Numbered from the stretch's first letter, positions 1-15,602 are shown. The stretch: DNA of 64,000 bases from Octopus vulgaris (GCA_951406725.2 OX597814.1:104780001-104844000); one strand, 5' to 3'. Made by a program: numbers and translations. Notes: generated by a model from the letters alone, not told the origin.

Positions 1-497
1 TATGATGAGTAATGTATTATGGAGTAAAGGCTGCATAATGGATTAGGGGCTGGTTGAATGCTGCTAGATCGCTATTGAGTAAACAGAGGATTAAAGAGCA
101 ACTGGTGGAATACGAAATAAATAAACGAATCGACTTAAGAACACAGTGTTCCTGATTTTGGCGTAAACATGAAAGGGAGCGAAGAATATAGATGAGGAAG
201 GCAGGAAGAAAAAAAAAACGGAAAAGACAGGAAAACAAAGAAGGAGTGGGAAAATGAGGAATAAACGGAAGAAAGAAACAAAGAAAATTACAGAGAATTA
301 ATAAAAATAAATAAACAAACAAACAAATAAATAAATAGGGACGAGAGTGTGAGAGGAGGATAAAGAGGCAATCAGTGAACGATTCTGTAAGGGGTTTTTG
401 TTGTGTTTTTGGTGTTTATAAGGAAGTAATTCTGAAAATTTCTCGGGATTTGGGGTTGGTAAAACAACGAAAAGGATGTTGCAGAGATTGTGTTGTA

Positions 498-690
498 TGA
501 TGATGACGATGATTATAATGATGAAGATGGCGATGATGATGATGATGATGATGATGACGACGATGGCGATGATGATGATGAAGATGACGACAACGACGAC
601 AACGATGATGATGATGATGACGACGACGACGACGACGATGATGATGATGATGATGATGATGATAACGATGGTAATGTTGGTGGTGATGGG
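498..690. repeat. (GAT/GAC)n trinucleotide microsatellite
   Basis: Direct repeat run; produces the poly-D/M/S/I ORFs in the track. Confidence 0.95.
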
Positions 691-1039
691 CAGATGACTA
701 GCACATTCTGGTACAAGCTGTGATCGATCACCGATCACCACTACAACGTAACTTATTGATCCCTTTCGAAAAGATCGAACACTATGAAACGACAACTCGG
801 ATGTAATCGGACATAACACGAAATCGGAATGGTTTTCGTTCTATATTTCTCCGTTTCTGCTAGGTTCACCTGGTTATATAATTATATGTAATAAGGTGAT
901 ACTGTTCTAGATAAGCCCAGCCACCCTCACTGAGACCCTCTGAGGAATATATGGGTAATTTTTATATGGAATTCTTGCCGTCTTAGAATAGGAAGATATT
1001 AAGGAACTTTAGCATCCAGACAGGCTACCTGACACCATT

Positions 1040-1260
1040 TGGAAAAAAAAGTAAAAGAAAAAAACTGGTACCTTTCTTCAAGCCTGAATGAAAATTGTTT
1101 CTTTTTTTTTTGTATATACCCAGGCCTATTCACCCCCACACCAGGCATTCCATTCATTTTCCAGCTCGATAGGATGGTTAGAGAAATGGCTTTAAAGTTG
1201 AGGGTGGCTATAAAGTTGAGCTGAGGTTTACTGTAAATTCAGGAATACAATGACCTGATT
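1040..1260 (+). mobile_element. Possible decayed DNA-transposase relic (Academ-like N-terminal motif)
   Basis: Translation CFFFFC...FQLDRMVREMALKLRVAIKLS*G resembles the CFFC...F.LD..VR..A..L....KLS.G motif I recall from such elements; interrupted by stops. Confidence 0.3.
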
Positions 1261-1555
1261 GTTGAATTAAAAAACAAAATAATTACGGCGAGAAAGAAAG
1301 GCGTTTCAATGATTCATTTGTAAACAGCACAACTAGAATGATTGATAGCAGACACTTCATTGGAGATATCGATAGATTACCTCTAAAGATGGACATTAAA
1401 ACGGTCAAGAAAATAAAATGTATTAAGAACAATAAATATTTTTAGCATTCTCAGTCAATTTTTGTTAATCTTCTACAAGAAAAATATAACAAAAAAAGAG
1501 GAAACTTTTGAAATATATTTCAAATATAAATAGCTAAAATCAATGAAAATAACAA

Positions 1556-1995
1556 TCCTTTCTACTCCAGGTAGAAGGCCGCAAATCTTGGGGAAGCGGG
1601 GTTGATCGACTGCATGGACCCAGTTCTTGACTGGGATGTTATTATATCAACCTTGAAAGAATGAATGACGAAATTGACCTCGTCAGAATTTGAATATCAA
1701 AACGTAAAGACGAAGAAGAATCGCTGCTAAACCTTTTTTATCCAACTCAGTAACGATTCTGCCAGTTATTATAATAATAACCCTTTCCACTGAAGATACA
1801 AGGCCCGAAAACTTTAGGGGGGGAGACTAGTCGATTACATCTATACCCAGTGTTTCTCTGGTACTTGATTTATCAACTCTGAAAAGATAAAAGGCAATGT
1901 CGACCTCGGCAGAATTTGAACTCAGAACGTAGCGACGGGCGAAATATCGATAACGATTTCGTCCAGCGTGCTAACGTTTCTGCCAGCTCACCACC
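1556..1995 (-). mobile_element. Two diverged copies of tRNA-derived SINE family A
   Basis: Reverse complement shows B-box GAGTTCAAATTC and central core GCCTTTCATCCTTTCGGGGTCGATAAA..AAGTACCAG in degenerate form. Confidence 0.8.
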
Positions 1996-2014
1996 TTTTT
2001 TGTATTCTTTTCTT

Positions 2015-2360
2015 CTCGGCACAAGGCCCGAAATTTTGGGGGAGCGGAGGAGAGGAAGTCGATTAGATCGACCCCAGTACCCAACTGGTACTTAATTTAT
2101 CGACTCTGAAAGGATGAAAGGCAAACTCGACAGAATTTGAACTCAGAACGTAAAGTCAGACGAAGTACCTATTTCTTTATTACCCACAAGGGGCTAAACA
2201 CAGTATCAACCCCAGTGCGTAACTGGTACTTATTTAATTGACCCCGAAAGGATGAAAGGCAAAGTCGATCTCGGCGGAATTTGAACTCAGAACGTAGCGG
2301 CAGACGAAATACGGCTACGCATTTCGCCCGGCGTGCTAACGAATCTGCCAGCTCGCCGCC
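2015..2360 (-). mobile_element. SINE family A, one head plus two body units
   Basis: Head GGCGGCGAGCTGGCAGA (revcomp, ending 2360), B-box, core duplicated; core resembles the Meta/MESC-type conserved SINE domain (recalled). Confidence 0.9.
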
Positions 2361-3000
2361 GTGAGTTATATAATAACACTAATAATAAAACCTGTATTAA
2401 ATAAATATTAAAAGTTTGTATTATTTTCTATAAATATTTAAGCAAATTCTGTAAAATTCATGGAAGGTTTTAATGATTAGAAATATTCAACATGGAGGAA
2501 ACGACGGACATTTTCTCCAAAATATTGATTTAGTCATTTATAGTTTCTGATAATATCATAAATTAATGAGTGATCACTTGTCAAGTAAATAATTATATCA
2601 ATTAAGTGAAGAGATATAATTAACTAATTAGTTCATGCTGTCAACAAATACGTAACAATCAATGCATGCATCTTATTATCTCCTTCTTTCCATTCTTTGT
2701 TCATCTTTACTCTTGCGGCCATTACACCATACTGCGTTTCACCTGGTTTCTATGAGACTTGCAATAATTGAGATTTTTAAAGCCAAAACCAAAAGCTTCG
2801 TTTAACGTTTTATTTTCTTTCAATTACGTTTTAATTTCAAAATGTTTGTTGTTTTATCATTAATAAATTGTTTGATAGATTATTTTGACACTTGATGTCA
2901 GATAATCATTTTCTATTATTGCCTTGCGGGCTAACTTGAACGATTATTGAAATATCTCGTCTATATTTCATTTTTCTTGTCCATTCAGTTAGAAAAGGAT

Positions 3001-3055
3001 AATAGTAATAATAATAATAATGATGATGATAATAATAATAATAATAATGCTGATG

Positions 3056-3125
<70 letters not shown>

Positions 3126-3139
3126 TGATGATGCTGATG

Positions 3140-3170
<31 letters not shown>

Positions 3171-3175
3171 TGATG

Positions 3176-3248
<73 letters not shown>

Positions 3249-3259
3249 TGATGCTGATG

Positions 3260-3329
<70 letters not shown>

Positions 3330-3331
3330 TG

Positions 3332-3407
<76 letters not shown>

Positions 3408-3437
3408 TAATAATGATAATAATGATAATAATAATAA
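3001..3437. repeat. (AAT)n microsatellite with GAT/GCT interruptions
   Basis: Direct repeat; source of poly-N/I ORFs. Confidence 0.95.
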
Positions 3438-3543
3438 CTTCAGTTAGTATTTCAGAAACGATAGAAAATATGAAATTATAAATAGATTAAATCTTCCAAA
3501 AAACACAAAAACAAGTTTGTTTCACATTGCGCCCCGTACTGAT

Positions 3544-3544
3544 G

Positions 3545-3621
<77 letters not shown>

Positions 3622-3626
3622 GCTAA

Positions 3627-3657
<31 letters not shown>

Positions 3658-3690
3658 ACAACTGCTGCTGCTGCTGTCGCTGCTGCTACT
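3544..3690. repeat. (CTA)n grading into (CTG)n microsatellite
   Basis: Direct repeat. Confidence 0.95.
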
Positions 3691-4502
3691 GTTGTCCAAA
3701 TGCTGGGTAAGGAAGTTTGAGACAATAGAAGTTGATGAAAGAAGATTTTCTCGCTGGTCGTGTTAGTTTAACAATGATCAATTGAGCAGTTTGTCTCTTA
3801 CTGATTAGAGCCAGAAAACACACAATTCACTGTCAATTTTTAACTTCGTGACATATTAATATATCAAATGTGCAATGGTATAAATTAATATTTAAAAAAC
3901 AAAACAAAACAAAAGACCGTTAAATGTCAATTCTTCGACAAAGTTTACGGAGTGTACTTGCACAGAAAAATCACATTTTTAACTAAAGATAAATAAATAT
4001 TGAAGGAATGATATTTCTCTGAACAATATTTGTGGAAGCAAATCATTTCCTGTTTCAATAAATTGGTAATTTCAATTTTACTTAACACACTCGAGTGCAC
4101 CTGGATATGGAGAGGACTTTCACTGCGGTGAAAAAAATTCTCCTCGTAGACAACATGCATGAAAACATATCGTTGGATTACGAATGTTGACACCGTAGGA
4201 CGCATGCGTTTCTGTGTCGACACACATCATCAGTGGTGAGAACCGAATCAGTCATTCATAGCGTCTTAAGAACGATATGCGCATTAGCAAATATGCTATT
4301 TGCTACTATATATGATAGAACAACCGTTATTGGAGAGTTTTCAACCAAAGATTCGTTGTCCGGTGCTGATGAAGCGTAGCAGCGCATAAATAAGTGCCCT
4401 ACAATCCGATGGCGTCATTCATAAGCAAATGGTGTGTTTCCACATGTGTCGTTTATCGAGAGAAGTTTAACAGAGACTGTTACACCAGATAAAGACCTTC
4501 CT

Positions 4503-4787
4503 TCTCGAGCCATGCCTGGCTCATAAGGGCCGATTTCCTTGGCGTAAAGGTTCCCCACCTGGACGGGACGCCGGTCCGACAGAGGTGAGCTGCAAGATGC
4601 AGGAGGAAAGAGTAAGAGAAAGTTGTGGCGAAAGAATCAGCAGAATTTCGCCATTACCTTCTACCGGAACCGCGTGTTGCTTACGTGTTTCGCCCATAAA
4701 CACACATATTGCCCGGTCTGAGATTCGAACCCGCGATTCCTCGACCGCGAGTCCGCTGCTCTAATCACAACGCCATGTGCCTCCACA
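4503..4787 (-). mobile_element. tRNA-derived SINE family C (tail type 1) with 17-bp TSD
   Basis: Head TGGAGGCACATGGC...GGGTTCGAATCTCAGACCGGGC on the minus strand; TSD CAGATAAAGACCTTCCT at 4486-4502 and 4788-4804. Confidence 0.9.
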
Positions 4788-6052
4788 CAGATAAAGACCT
4801 TCCTGCGTCTCAGTCTACAGGAACATGTTAAATTTGGTATTACACCCCTATATTTTATTCAACGTTGAAATGAAGGCTACACACAAACACAGTGAAAAAG
4901 AGAATCGTGGCATATATACATATGTATACATACATATTCACACACACACACATACACACACACACATAAACATACACAGACACTCGCACATACACACGCA
5001 TACACACACACACACACGCACACACACATAGGCAGAGAGGGATGTTTGAGTGACGAGGGTATCTGTGTGTGATACCCTCGCTAAACGGTGATGTCAATCA
5101 ATACAAACTTGTTACCAATTCAATTATGTCTGAGAGGCATTCAAATCCATAAGAAGGCCATTCATTGTAATTTGTGATGGAGAAAATTTTTCGCTGTGGA
5201 TAAATAGGTGTAAATACAGCGAGTTAGCTCCCAGCACCTACTATCCAGACTGTCGGATACATGTGTTTAAGAGTGGTTATCTCCTCTCCAGACGCCGATA
5301 CCGGAAATGCAGACGCTGCGAACTGACACGTGAGAGAGTTTCCTTTTATGATATTTTATGATATTCCCGGTCATCGTTCAATCAGCATTTTCGCTATTCA
5401 GCGGCTCGGCGTAAATAGAATACGGGGTGACAGCACTAAGTAGAGATGAGCAGAAATACAAATTTTGTTACCAGTTTAAATATATTTGGGGCCTATGTCA
5501 TGGGATATACACGGCTGGGGTGGCTATGAACACGGTTTTTCTTGATCAAGTCTGGCCAAGCACTAAAGAACAACAATAACAACAACGTCTTGAATGTTGA
5601 AAAAATTATTCGATCAACTTCGATCAACTTCGATCAATCATGTATAATTATTTCTCCTTTTTCCTGTTTACTTCAACTTAAGCAAAATTCAATAACAATA
5701 ATCTTTAAAAAATACCCGGTGCAAAAATGAATTAATTTGACATTTCATTAAAAAAAAAATATTTGTTTTCCGACATATTGGAAGTTAATTATAGAGGGAA
5801 TAACAAAACTGAAGAGAGTTTAGCTGAATAGTCAACAGTCGGCTGGATCAAAGAGATGGTGTAGGTTCTGACTACGTAAGTGGACGTGTATGGTTGTAAA
5901 CATTCTTTATGATATTGTGTTTATACTATAAACATAATGGCGGATGTATTTGGACAGAGTTTACCTCTTTGGACGAATCACCTGTCGCTGCGAATATTCT
6001 CGTTATTTACTTCAATTCATACAGGTACGCAGACATATACAAACACAAGCAT

Positions 6053-6155
<103 letters not shown>

Positions 6156-6647
6156 TAAATAGATAGATATGAATATACATACGAGCATATATGCATAGAA
6201 GCAAAGAAAATAATAGGCAGTCACGCACTATGTGGGTAAATATACAATGTGTGTGTGTGATTGTATGTATGTATACATGGATGAATGAATTGATGTACAT
6301 ACACATGCGAGTATATACGTATGTATGTGTATGTGTTTGCACGCATGAATATATGGATTATCTTACACACACAAAACACACGTAAGTATATATATATAAC
6401 ATCCATATTATGTCTTGTAATTATATATACACAATACATATATAGTTATATATATTCATACAATACATACATACATACATACATGCATACATACCTGTAA
6501 CCATATGTAAGTATACACACACACATACGTAAATATATATGTATATGGTGCTCATGTAGTTGTATGCAAAATCTGAACGTGTTTACTTGAAACTAAGAAG
6601 TAAGCATGTATGCAAATTATAGCTGGATGGGATGTATGATAGCTGAC

Positions 6648-7070
<423 letters not shown>

Positions 7071-7605
7071 TACATCTGTGTGGTTCTTCTGTAATATTTT
7101 CTTTCAACATCTGTAACAATAATGTTTATCTTTAACACATAATCCGTTCATTTCAGCACAAACGAGGCGCAATTTAGACTTTCCTTTGAAGTCGACCGCC
7201 GTTCTACGAAACTAACCAAATGAAATGAACATATATCAATTATATACATAAGGAAGGAGAAAGAGTAAGAAGCCGAATTATTAATCACTCTCTCTTACGC
7301 GCGCGCACACACACACACAAACATGGAAACAAGCAGACACACACACAGAGCTAGCTACACAGGCACCTTACAAACGCACGCATAGACGTAGGCAGAGCCA
7401 TGCTGAAATACAACCTTACACATACAGTATGATGTTGATTACCAGCTTGACAACACAGTTGTTGTCAATTCCTTCTAAATTAGCAAATCACATGAAAAAT
7501 AAGTCTATTTATTAATGGAACAGAGTGCAATATTAATGATCACGAAAAAAAAAGAATTAGAAGAAAAAGAAATTGGAGAAAAATAGAGGGAGGTTGAGGG
7601 AATAA

Positions 7606-7652
<47 letters not shown>

Positions 7653-7888
7653 GAAGAGGAGAAAAAGAACACATCAGAGATGAAGGGAGTGGGGAGAGGA
7701 AAGTTATATGGGAAGACATAGAACAGTGGAATAGTGAAGAAATATGGAAGATTTGCAAGGAAATTTTCTTTGGAAACATCTGGTTAAAATTTTGCTTGAA
7801 AACCAATTACCACACTGAAAGTACACATTTATGCGCAAAAATGCAATACACCGTACAAACATATATTGACACATATACGAATGTATAG

Positions 7889-8182
<294 letters not shown>

Positions 8183-8346
8183 ATTTATACGTGCATACAT
8201 ATGTTTCTACAAACACGAGCAGGCGATAGGCAAACACCTAATAGTTATTAGTAGCTAAGACTGTTTACTTGGTAGTTTATGTGATAATCGTTTTCTGGAA
8301 AAAAAGTTTTAGAAAGGTGTAATTTACAAAACTCGGGAAGTAAATA

Positions 8347-10771
8347 CCGTATTTACTGGCGCATTGGACGCACCTTTACATAAGACGCATCCCTATTTTG
8401 CAAGGGTATTTTGAGGGGAAAAAAAAAACAATTTTAGTATGCTTAATCGTACATTTATTGAAAGATATTTTAAAGTGGCTTTCTATGCAAAATTGTCTGA
8501 TTCTGTGCACAAAATACAATACCGTGAAAATATACAGAAATAAAGTATGGAATCATATCTAGCTTTACACTCACCTTCAAAGGAAACCAAATTAAATTTG
8601 CCATAGGAAAAAAGAAATGTACATTGGTATCAAATAATCCTGGTAAATGCAAAGAAACAATGCAAATATCCTGAAAAGAACTGGTAGAAACCAACCAGCA
8701 AAGGACAATAAATGTGATGAATTCCTATTGTTAGTTACAGTTACTGATTCTCACTGCAACCGCCACATATTACCGGTACTCTCTTCATCACTGGAATACT
8801 CTGCAATGGGATCTGGGTCATCAATATCTTCTTCAAACAATAAATTGTCCTCGGTACCATCAAGGACATTACTAATGCCACATTTTTTTTAATGATTTCG
8901 CATCTACCTCTTCTTTTTCTATGGACTTTTTACCCACTCCGCTATGTAATAGTAGGCCTCTTCCTTCTTCTTGTTGGTGTCACTTCAAAATCTGAAGACT
9001 GCATCCACTTGTTCCATTCCTTCCGCAAGAATCTTTCAGATGGTTTATTGATTGAAACGTCTAAAGGCCGTAACTGGCTGATTGGGCCTCCTGGAATTAC
9101 AGCTAACCGGGTCTGCAGTTCTCCAAGTTTTCTCTTAACAAACTCTATGAGCTCCAAAACTGGTCCTCAACCAATAAGGCAAGTTTCTTTAATAGACCAC
9201 CAGAACCACACTTTATCAAGCGACAATCTTATTCCTCCCTCATCCATACAACCTTTTGGGTGGACACGAACATAAATTCCACTGGCTATCCTTTCTATAG
9301 GCAAAATCTTTCTTTTAAAAATTTAGAAAAGGTAACAGCTTTGTGCCATCAGCGCAGCATGCTAATACAACTGTGTAGTGTTTTTTTTCATGGCCACATG
9401 TTTTAACAGTCACAATTTCAGTACCCTTGGGCCCTACCGTCTTGTTTGGTGGCACATCAAATCTCAAAGAGACTTTGTCCATATTTGTTATCTCTGAAAG
9501 TTCAAAATTAACTTTTCTTGCACTAATGACATACCTGTGAAACTTAAGTATTTGATCTTCATATTCAGGGGCCATATTTCGTGCTATTCTTGTCCTAGCC
9601 CTCATACAGAGGTTATTTCTCCTCATAAACCTGGAACACCGTGTTGTTGACCCTTTAAAATCATTGATATCTCTATCCATTGCTATAAGTCTTATAATCA
9701 TTGGAGTGGATATTGAAGATCCCGATCTTCTTTGGTCTAAAATCCATGTTTTTACTTCTTCTTCATACTACTTTCCAACTCCCCTGCGGAGACAGTGTTT
9801 GCTACGTTTAGTAGCTTTCATCTGCTCTTATTGTTTCCTCCAAGTCCTTACCACTTTCTTAGTTGGTAGTAGACCAAAATACGTAACAGCTGCCATATTA
9901 CCATGGTGCTTTGCATATGCTACGACATCTAGGTTAAATTTAATGTTTTAACAGTGCCTTTTTTAAATTTTCAGCCATGGGTTTGGTCTCTGGACGAGAT
10001 TTACCGTAACTAAACGTACCGGTACGTTATGAGAAACCGTACCCCAACTCTTGCCTCCTCTCAGATCAGCCGTATGGTTGTTTATATTTTGGGCGAGAGA
10101 ATTCTAATACAGGATGTGAAACTCGTATTTATGAATATGATGTTTTGTGTTACTGCGACAGGCCACAATGTGGAAAATAAGGGAAAAAAGACTAAACGAG
10201 CAAAACACAAATGAATGACTAAGAAAGGAACATAACAAGAAGGAGGCTCTGTTGCAAAAGTGAAGCTTCCGACACATCATCTGATCTGATCATTGCAAAT
10301 GGCTGCCAGACGGATGAAAATTTATTAACATACCTTTCAATTTTCTAGGAGCATTTTTCATCTAGATAATGAACAAATGTTTCTTAAAGGTTAAATACTG
10401 TAATTCATATATCAGGTGTGGGTTATGTATGCTGGGGAAAGAGGTAAGTAAAATGATGTGAGCTTCTTTCATAACTGACGACGTCTCGTAAGCAATTTTT
10501 TATAAGTTTGGAATAACAGACTGTGATAATTAGGCTTCTTTTCAATATTTTATTATTAGTAACACAATTTACTGTAATAATTTGGCTTGTTTTCATTATT
10601 TTATTATCAGCAACAATTGTTGTGACTAGAGAACTTACCCACTATGCTCATCCGGCCCCCTAGCCTACGGCGCTCGGTCGCCCATCCGTAATACGGCTGC
10701 ATTAGACGCAGGGAAATTTTTTGATACATTTAAAAATAAGAAAAGCGACTCCAATCTGCCAGTAAATACTG
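8347..10771 (-). mobile_element. pogo-superfamily DNA transposon (POGK/Passer-like), full extent with TIRs
   Basis: Imperfect TIRs CCGTATTTACTGGCGCATTGGA (8347) and TCCAATCTGCCAGTAAATACTG (ending 10771); TA on both sides; internal transposase relic. Confidence 0.9.
8750..9978 (-). pseudogene. Frameshifted pogo transposase (Brinker-like DBD, CENP-B HTH, DDE_1)
   Basis: Motifs LDVVAYAKHHGNMAA, FKGSTTRCSRFMRRNNL, NMDKVSLRFD, GHEKKHYTVVLACCADGTKL, VIPGGPISQLRPLDVSINKP; several frameshifts and an internal deletion. Confidence 0.85.
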
Positions 10772-10799
10772 TAATTGCTCTTTATGTTGCATATTAATT

Positions 10800-11570
10800 A
10801 TAAACCATTTTGAGTTCGAAGTTGGCTTCTCTGCAGGTCGAAGAATGTTTGATCTTTTGCTACAATCAATTGATGCAGCTCTTCGTCATTTATCTTTCTC
10901 AAAACAAACTTGTTTTCTCTTCTGAAGGCCAAGCTTATCTTTACAAGGTATCAGTGATGATGTTCTTATCTTTTCCCAATGGGTGATGATTTCGTTTGAG
11001 AAATTGTTGGATAACCTGGAATTATAGGATTCTTTACCGAATTACGGAAGCCAGCAATGTTAAATTTTCATATATTAAATTTTTTTAGAGTTAATTCAAA
11101 ACTGTCAGATGATTCGATTGTTCCATTCAGTCTTTGAACATATCGAATGGCGGTCTGCGAGCGTTTTGGTTGATAACAAGTCCTGTTGTTCAGAAGATAT
11201 AGTCCTGTAAATGCTAATGTCCAGTGGGCGGGCGGGGGATGCTGCGGGAAGATTTGAAGTTAATCTTCTTTTGAAAATTGTGTTAGGAATGATCTGATTA
11301 TTGTTTTCGGTAGATTTACAGAGAAGAAGGGCTCCGTTGCCTTCTGTTTGCCAATCTATTATCTCCAGCGATTGTCTTTGAGGATAATGTCGTCTTAATG
11401 TTGCATTGAAGTCTTCGAGGACTATGATTTTGTCAATCTCGGGAAGAGTAGGAAAGATGGAATCCAGCTAGTTACAGAAATTTATTATTTTCAATATATA
11501 TTATTAAGCCCTAAGTTTGTAGCCAGTGACTGGTGAATGTTGTATATTGGACTTTTGAAAGTTGAAGGGA
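10800..11570 (-). mobile_element. RTE-clade LINE relic (apurinic endonuclease region)
   Basis: Minus-strand DKIIVLEDFNA (GDFNA motif), GNGALLL, QHPRP..W..DYI, HWEKIR...LGLQKRKQ; heavily degenerate. Confidence 0.7.
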
Positions 11571-11744
11571 AAACATCATTCGTTGTCCGTTGATGTCGAC
11601 CGGGAATTCTGGTGCTTCCGAAGTAGCAGAATTTTTCGAAAAAATCTTAATATTTTATACATGTCAGTCGTCATTCAGACACACAAAAACACACTTTACC
11701 ATTTCACTATCCAAATATATATCTGGTGTGTAAGGGATGACGAT

Positions 11745-11885
11745 GTTGGTTTCAAATTTTGGCAGAAGGCCCCAGTAAGTTGTGGAGGAAGGGCTGAGTT
11801 CATTACATCGAACTCAGTGTTCTACTGGTACTTATTTTATCGACCCCGAAAGGGATGAAAGACGAAGTCGACCTGGGCGGATTTT
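11745..11885 (-). mobile_element. SINE family A fragment
   Basis: CTGGTACTTATTTTATCGACCCCGAAAGGGATGAAAGACGAAGTCGACC core. Confidence 0.75.
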
Positions 11886-12319
11886 ATAAAGGATGGTAAT
11901 ACTAACGATTACAATAAAATTGATTGATCTGCTATAAATCACGCTTGTCCACATATCAATGCTCACAGTTGTGATCTCATTGTTCTGGGGGAATTATGAC
12001 ATTCTAGTCCACCCTTTCGCAATTTTGAACAAAAGATCGCAAACTGTGGACGCTTGTGGTCATTCCCATTGATATTTATGGAGCAATTTCTAGATACCAT
12101 CTGGCTGAAGTAATTTGCTTCCAGTGTCACGAGTTTGCCAAATCCAAAAAGATGGTTTTATACCGGAAGAAAATATTCAATTAATAGTCAACAGTAAAAC
12201 TATTTAAGTCTTCCTTGCTTTTGAGGTCTTTTTAACATATAAAATATTGAAAATACTACAATATCACATGCTTTTATATATGAATACATGAATATATCAC
12301 GTGTGTATACGTGCATTCG

Positions 12320-12360
<41 letters not shown>

Positions 12361-12622
12361 CAGTAGTCATAGACATCAGTCGCAGAACTCATTTTTCAAC
12401 ACTTAATGTGACGTTCACTTGAAAACACATCTTAATATCCAAAAAAATTGAAAAGACGAGAAATATAAAGAGAGCAAGCGTGTTAGAAAGAGGAAGAAGT
12501 TCTCTATAAAAAGAGTGATTGATATATAAATGGACTGGCAGATAGACAATTAGATGGGTAAATAAAGAAACAAGAATATAGGTACATATATAGAAAGGCA
12601 GACAAAGAGTGTTAGCTAAACG

Positions 12623-12700
<78 letters not shown>

Positions 12701-12710
12701 CAGACAGATA
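12623..12710. repeat. (GATA)n microsatellite
   Basis: Direct repeat. Confidence 0.95.
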
Positions 12711-13044
12711 GGTAGGTGAGAAAGAGAGAGTGAAAGACAGTAAGGGAAAAAAGGAGAGGGAGAGGGCATAAAAGAAGCTAATCCCAAACAGATCATGATG
12801 CACCTCATTTTCGTCATCAAAAGAATTGTTTGTTGAGAGATAATTCTTTAAACGAAACTGTCAATTGCCGGAATTCTTGATTTCTGAAGCTTCTGTGACT
12901 TTGTAATTTTTTTACTAACGAACAAAAGAAAAAAACACAGAAAAGGAAAGGAAAATTGTATCCCCGTAAAGAAAGAAAAGAAAACAAAACAATAATCATG
13001 ATATGCGTTAAATTCTAGTCAGGATAATGTCTAATATACATGAG

Positions 13045-13362
<318 letters not shown>

Positions 13363-13697
13363 CGACGCAGATGGAGATATAAAAAAAAAGAAAAAAATAT
13401 AAAAAGGAATTGTCTCGCCAACATGAACAATAACAAAAACCAACACCGAAAACATTAGCAACAGCAACAACAACAACAATAACAGCAATTGCACTAACTA
13501 TTACAAAACTAAGAGGAACATTGATAAACAACCACAACCATATCTCTAACGGTAACGGAAGCAATACAAACACCAGTCATAACATCAACATCAATGGCAC
13601 GAACCCTAACTAAAATTGCCTCCACCACGAACAACAACAATAATTTTAACAACAAAGCAACGTTAAAATACCAACAGCTTTAACTCCTAAGAAAGCT

Positions 13698-14055
13698 GGG
13701 AGCTGGAGGAATCGTTAACCCGTCGGTCGAAACGCTTAACGGTATTTTGCCCGTCACTACGTTCTGAGTTCAAATTCCGCCGAGGTCGACTTTGCCTTTC
13801 ATCCTTTCGGAGTCGATAAATTAAGTACCAGTTACGCACTGGGGTCGATGTAATCGACTTAATCCGTTTGTCTGTCCTTGTTTATCCTCTCTGTGTTTAG
13901 CCCCTTGTTGGTAGTAAAGAAATAGGTATTTCGCCCGTCACTACGTTCTGATTTCAAATTCCGCCGAGGTCGACTTTGCCTTTCATCCTTTCGGGGTCAA
14001 TAAATTAAGTACTAGTGAAAACACTGGGGTCGGTATAATCGACTAGTTCCCCACG
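13698..14055 (+). mobile_element. SINE family A, one head plus two body units
   Basis: GAGCTGGAGGAATCGTTA head, B-box GAGTTCAAATTCC, core; body restarts at GGTATTTCGCCCGTCACTACG (~13925). Confidence 0.9.
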
Positions 14056-14122
14056 CCTCACTACCCCGCAAAATACCAACAATTTCTGTAGCAACAACAA
14101 CAACAACCACAATAATAATAAC

Positions 14123-14421
14123 AACAAGAGCTCTCAGAGAGCGCAAACCTCCGCCAAGGCAACACCAACGTCCTCTCAACGATTAGCCAGAGATGATTCT
14201 TAAAATGAGAATATCTGAAATAAACTCAGCTGCTCTCACAAACGAGAATACTAAAAATGAACCCGACCGCTCGCAAAAATTAAGTAAGAAAACAGAAAAA
14301 ATCATCCGGAATCCTTGTCCGGCATCGGATCGATTCCAAAATCTAATCAGTTCGTGTCAGACACAAGGTCAAACATTCCTGAAAGTTTCATCTGAATCCA
14401 TCAAGCGGTTCTTGAAATATC
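14123..14421. mobile_element. Non-autonomous DNA element (Crypton/Helentron-like repeat), truncated
   Basis: Begins AACAAGAGCTCTCAGAGAGCGCAAACCTCCGCCAAGGC and contains AAAGTTTCATCTGAATCC...GCGGTTCTTGAAATATC, motifs I recall from mollusc/fish non-autonomous elements; family assignment uncertain. Confidence 0.5.
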
Positions 14422-15602
14422 TACTAGTAGTAGTAGTACAACAACAACTAGTACTACTACTACTACTACTACTACTACAATAGCATTAGTGGAATTTGTA
14501 GTGTTAGCAGTTGCGGCAGTAGTAGTTGTGGTAGTAGTGATAACAACAGCAGAAGTATTAGTAACAATAATAACAACAACAAAAATGACGATAATAATTT
14601 CAGAAGCACCGTGAGGAAATGTGATCCACCATAGATATTGGTCAAATATGGTTGAAAAGCATAAAACGCGAAAAAAAATATGAAAGAGAAATTCAGAAAA
14701 GAAAAAAAAACAGGAGCCGATTTTGACTGGCGAGAAAATAGCGAGGCGTTAATTGCAGATCGAGGAGTTTTGGGGTTTGAAGAATCACTGAGTTATTAGG
14801 AACGTCAAAGAATAAATATCTAAGATAGTCTTGTGAGATGCTATTAGTTCATGGTTCTGTGCTGTTGGAAAAGATAGGGAGGATAATACAACAAGAATAA
14901 ACAATATGAACAGCAATAAGAACGAAAACAACAGCAGCGGCAACCACGACAACAAAAACTCACGGCGGAGAATCGCAAAAAAAGAGGGAAAAAATCAAAC
15001 GAAAAATAAAAAAAAATGATAATATATAATAAGCGTAAAAAATCTGAAATGGAAACGAAAAATTGCCCTTTCCTTGGAAAAGGAATTGAAAATACATCAC
15101 GTGACTGTCATCAAATTATTGAATCCCATCGGCAGAATGAGGGAGATGGAGCGAATGAGAGAAGAACATTATATGATGAAAGAGAAAGTGTTTATGTGTG
15201 TGTACGTATACATGTTAGCTTCATGTCTGTATGTATGGTTGAGTGTCAAGAAAGCGTAAATAAATGAGAGAATTATATGTAGAAAGGTTCGAATGAAGTC
15301 GGCATGAGTTGTATGTGTTCGTTGGATTATCTAAACAACAATACGCGTGTGTACGGAAATATTTCTCTTTTTTTATAAACATTTACGTCTGATAGAATAT
15401 ATATATGTATATATATACACGTGTGTATGTGTGTGCGCACGCTGAATATGTACATATATGTATGTTTATATATGTATATATATATATATATGTATAAATC
15501 AATATGGATATGAATATTAATGGATATCATAAGTAAGTGTTTCTGTGAGATTTAGCGGTAGAAAAATGAGCGATGTGCTATATTTGTCCATACACGTACG
15601 GA

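Noticed and set aside
4367-4400. CTGATGA-AGCG...CGC possible hammerhead
   Set aside because: No GAAA box and no stem I/III
14193-14483. 96-aa ORF
   Set aside because: Lies within a non-autonomous repeat and ends in (CTA)n
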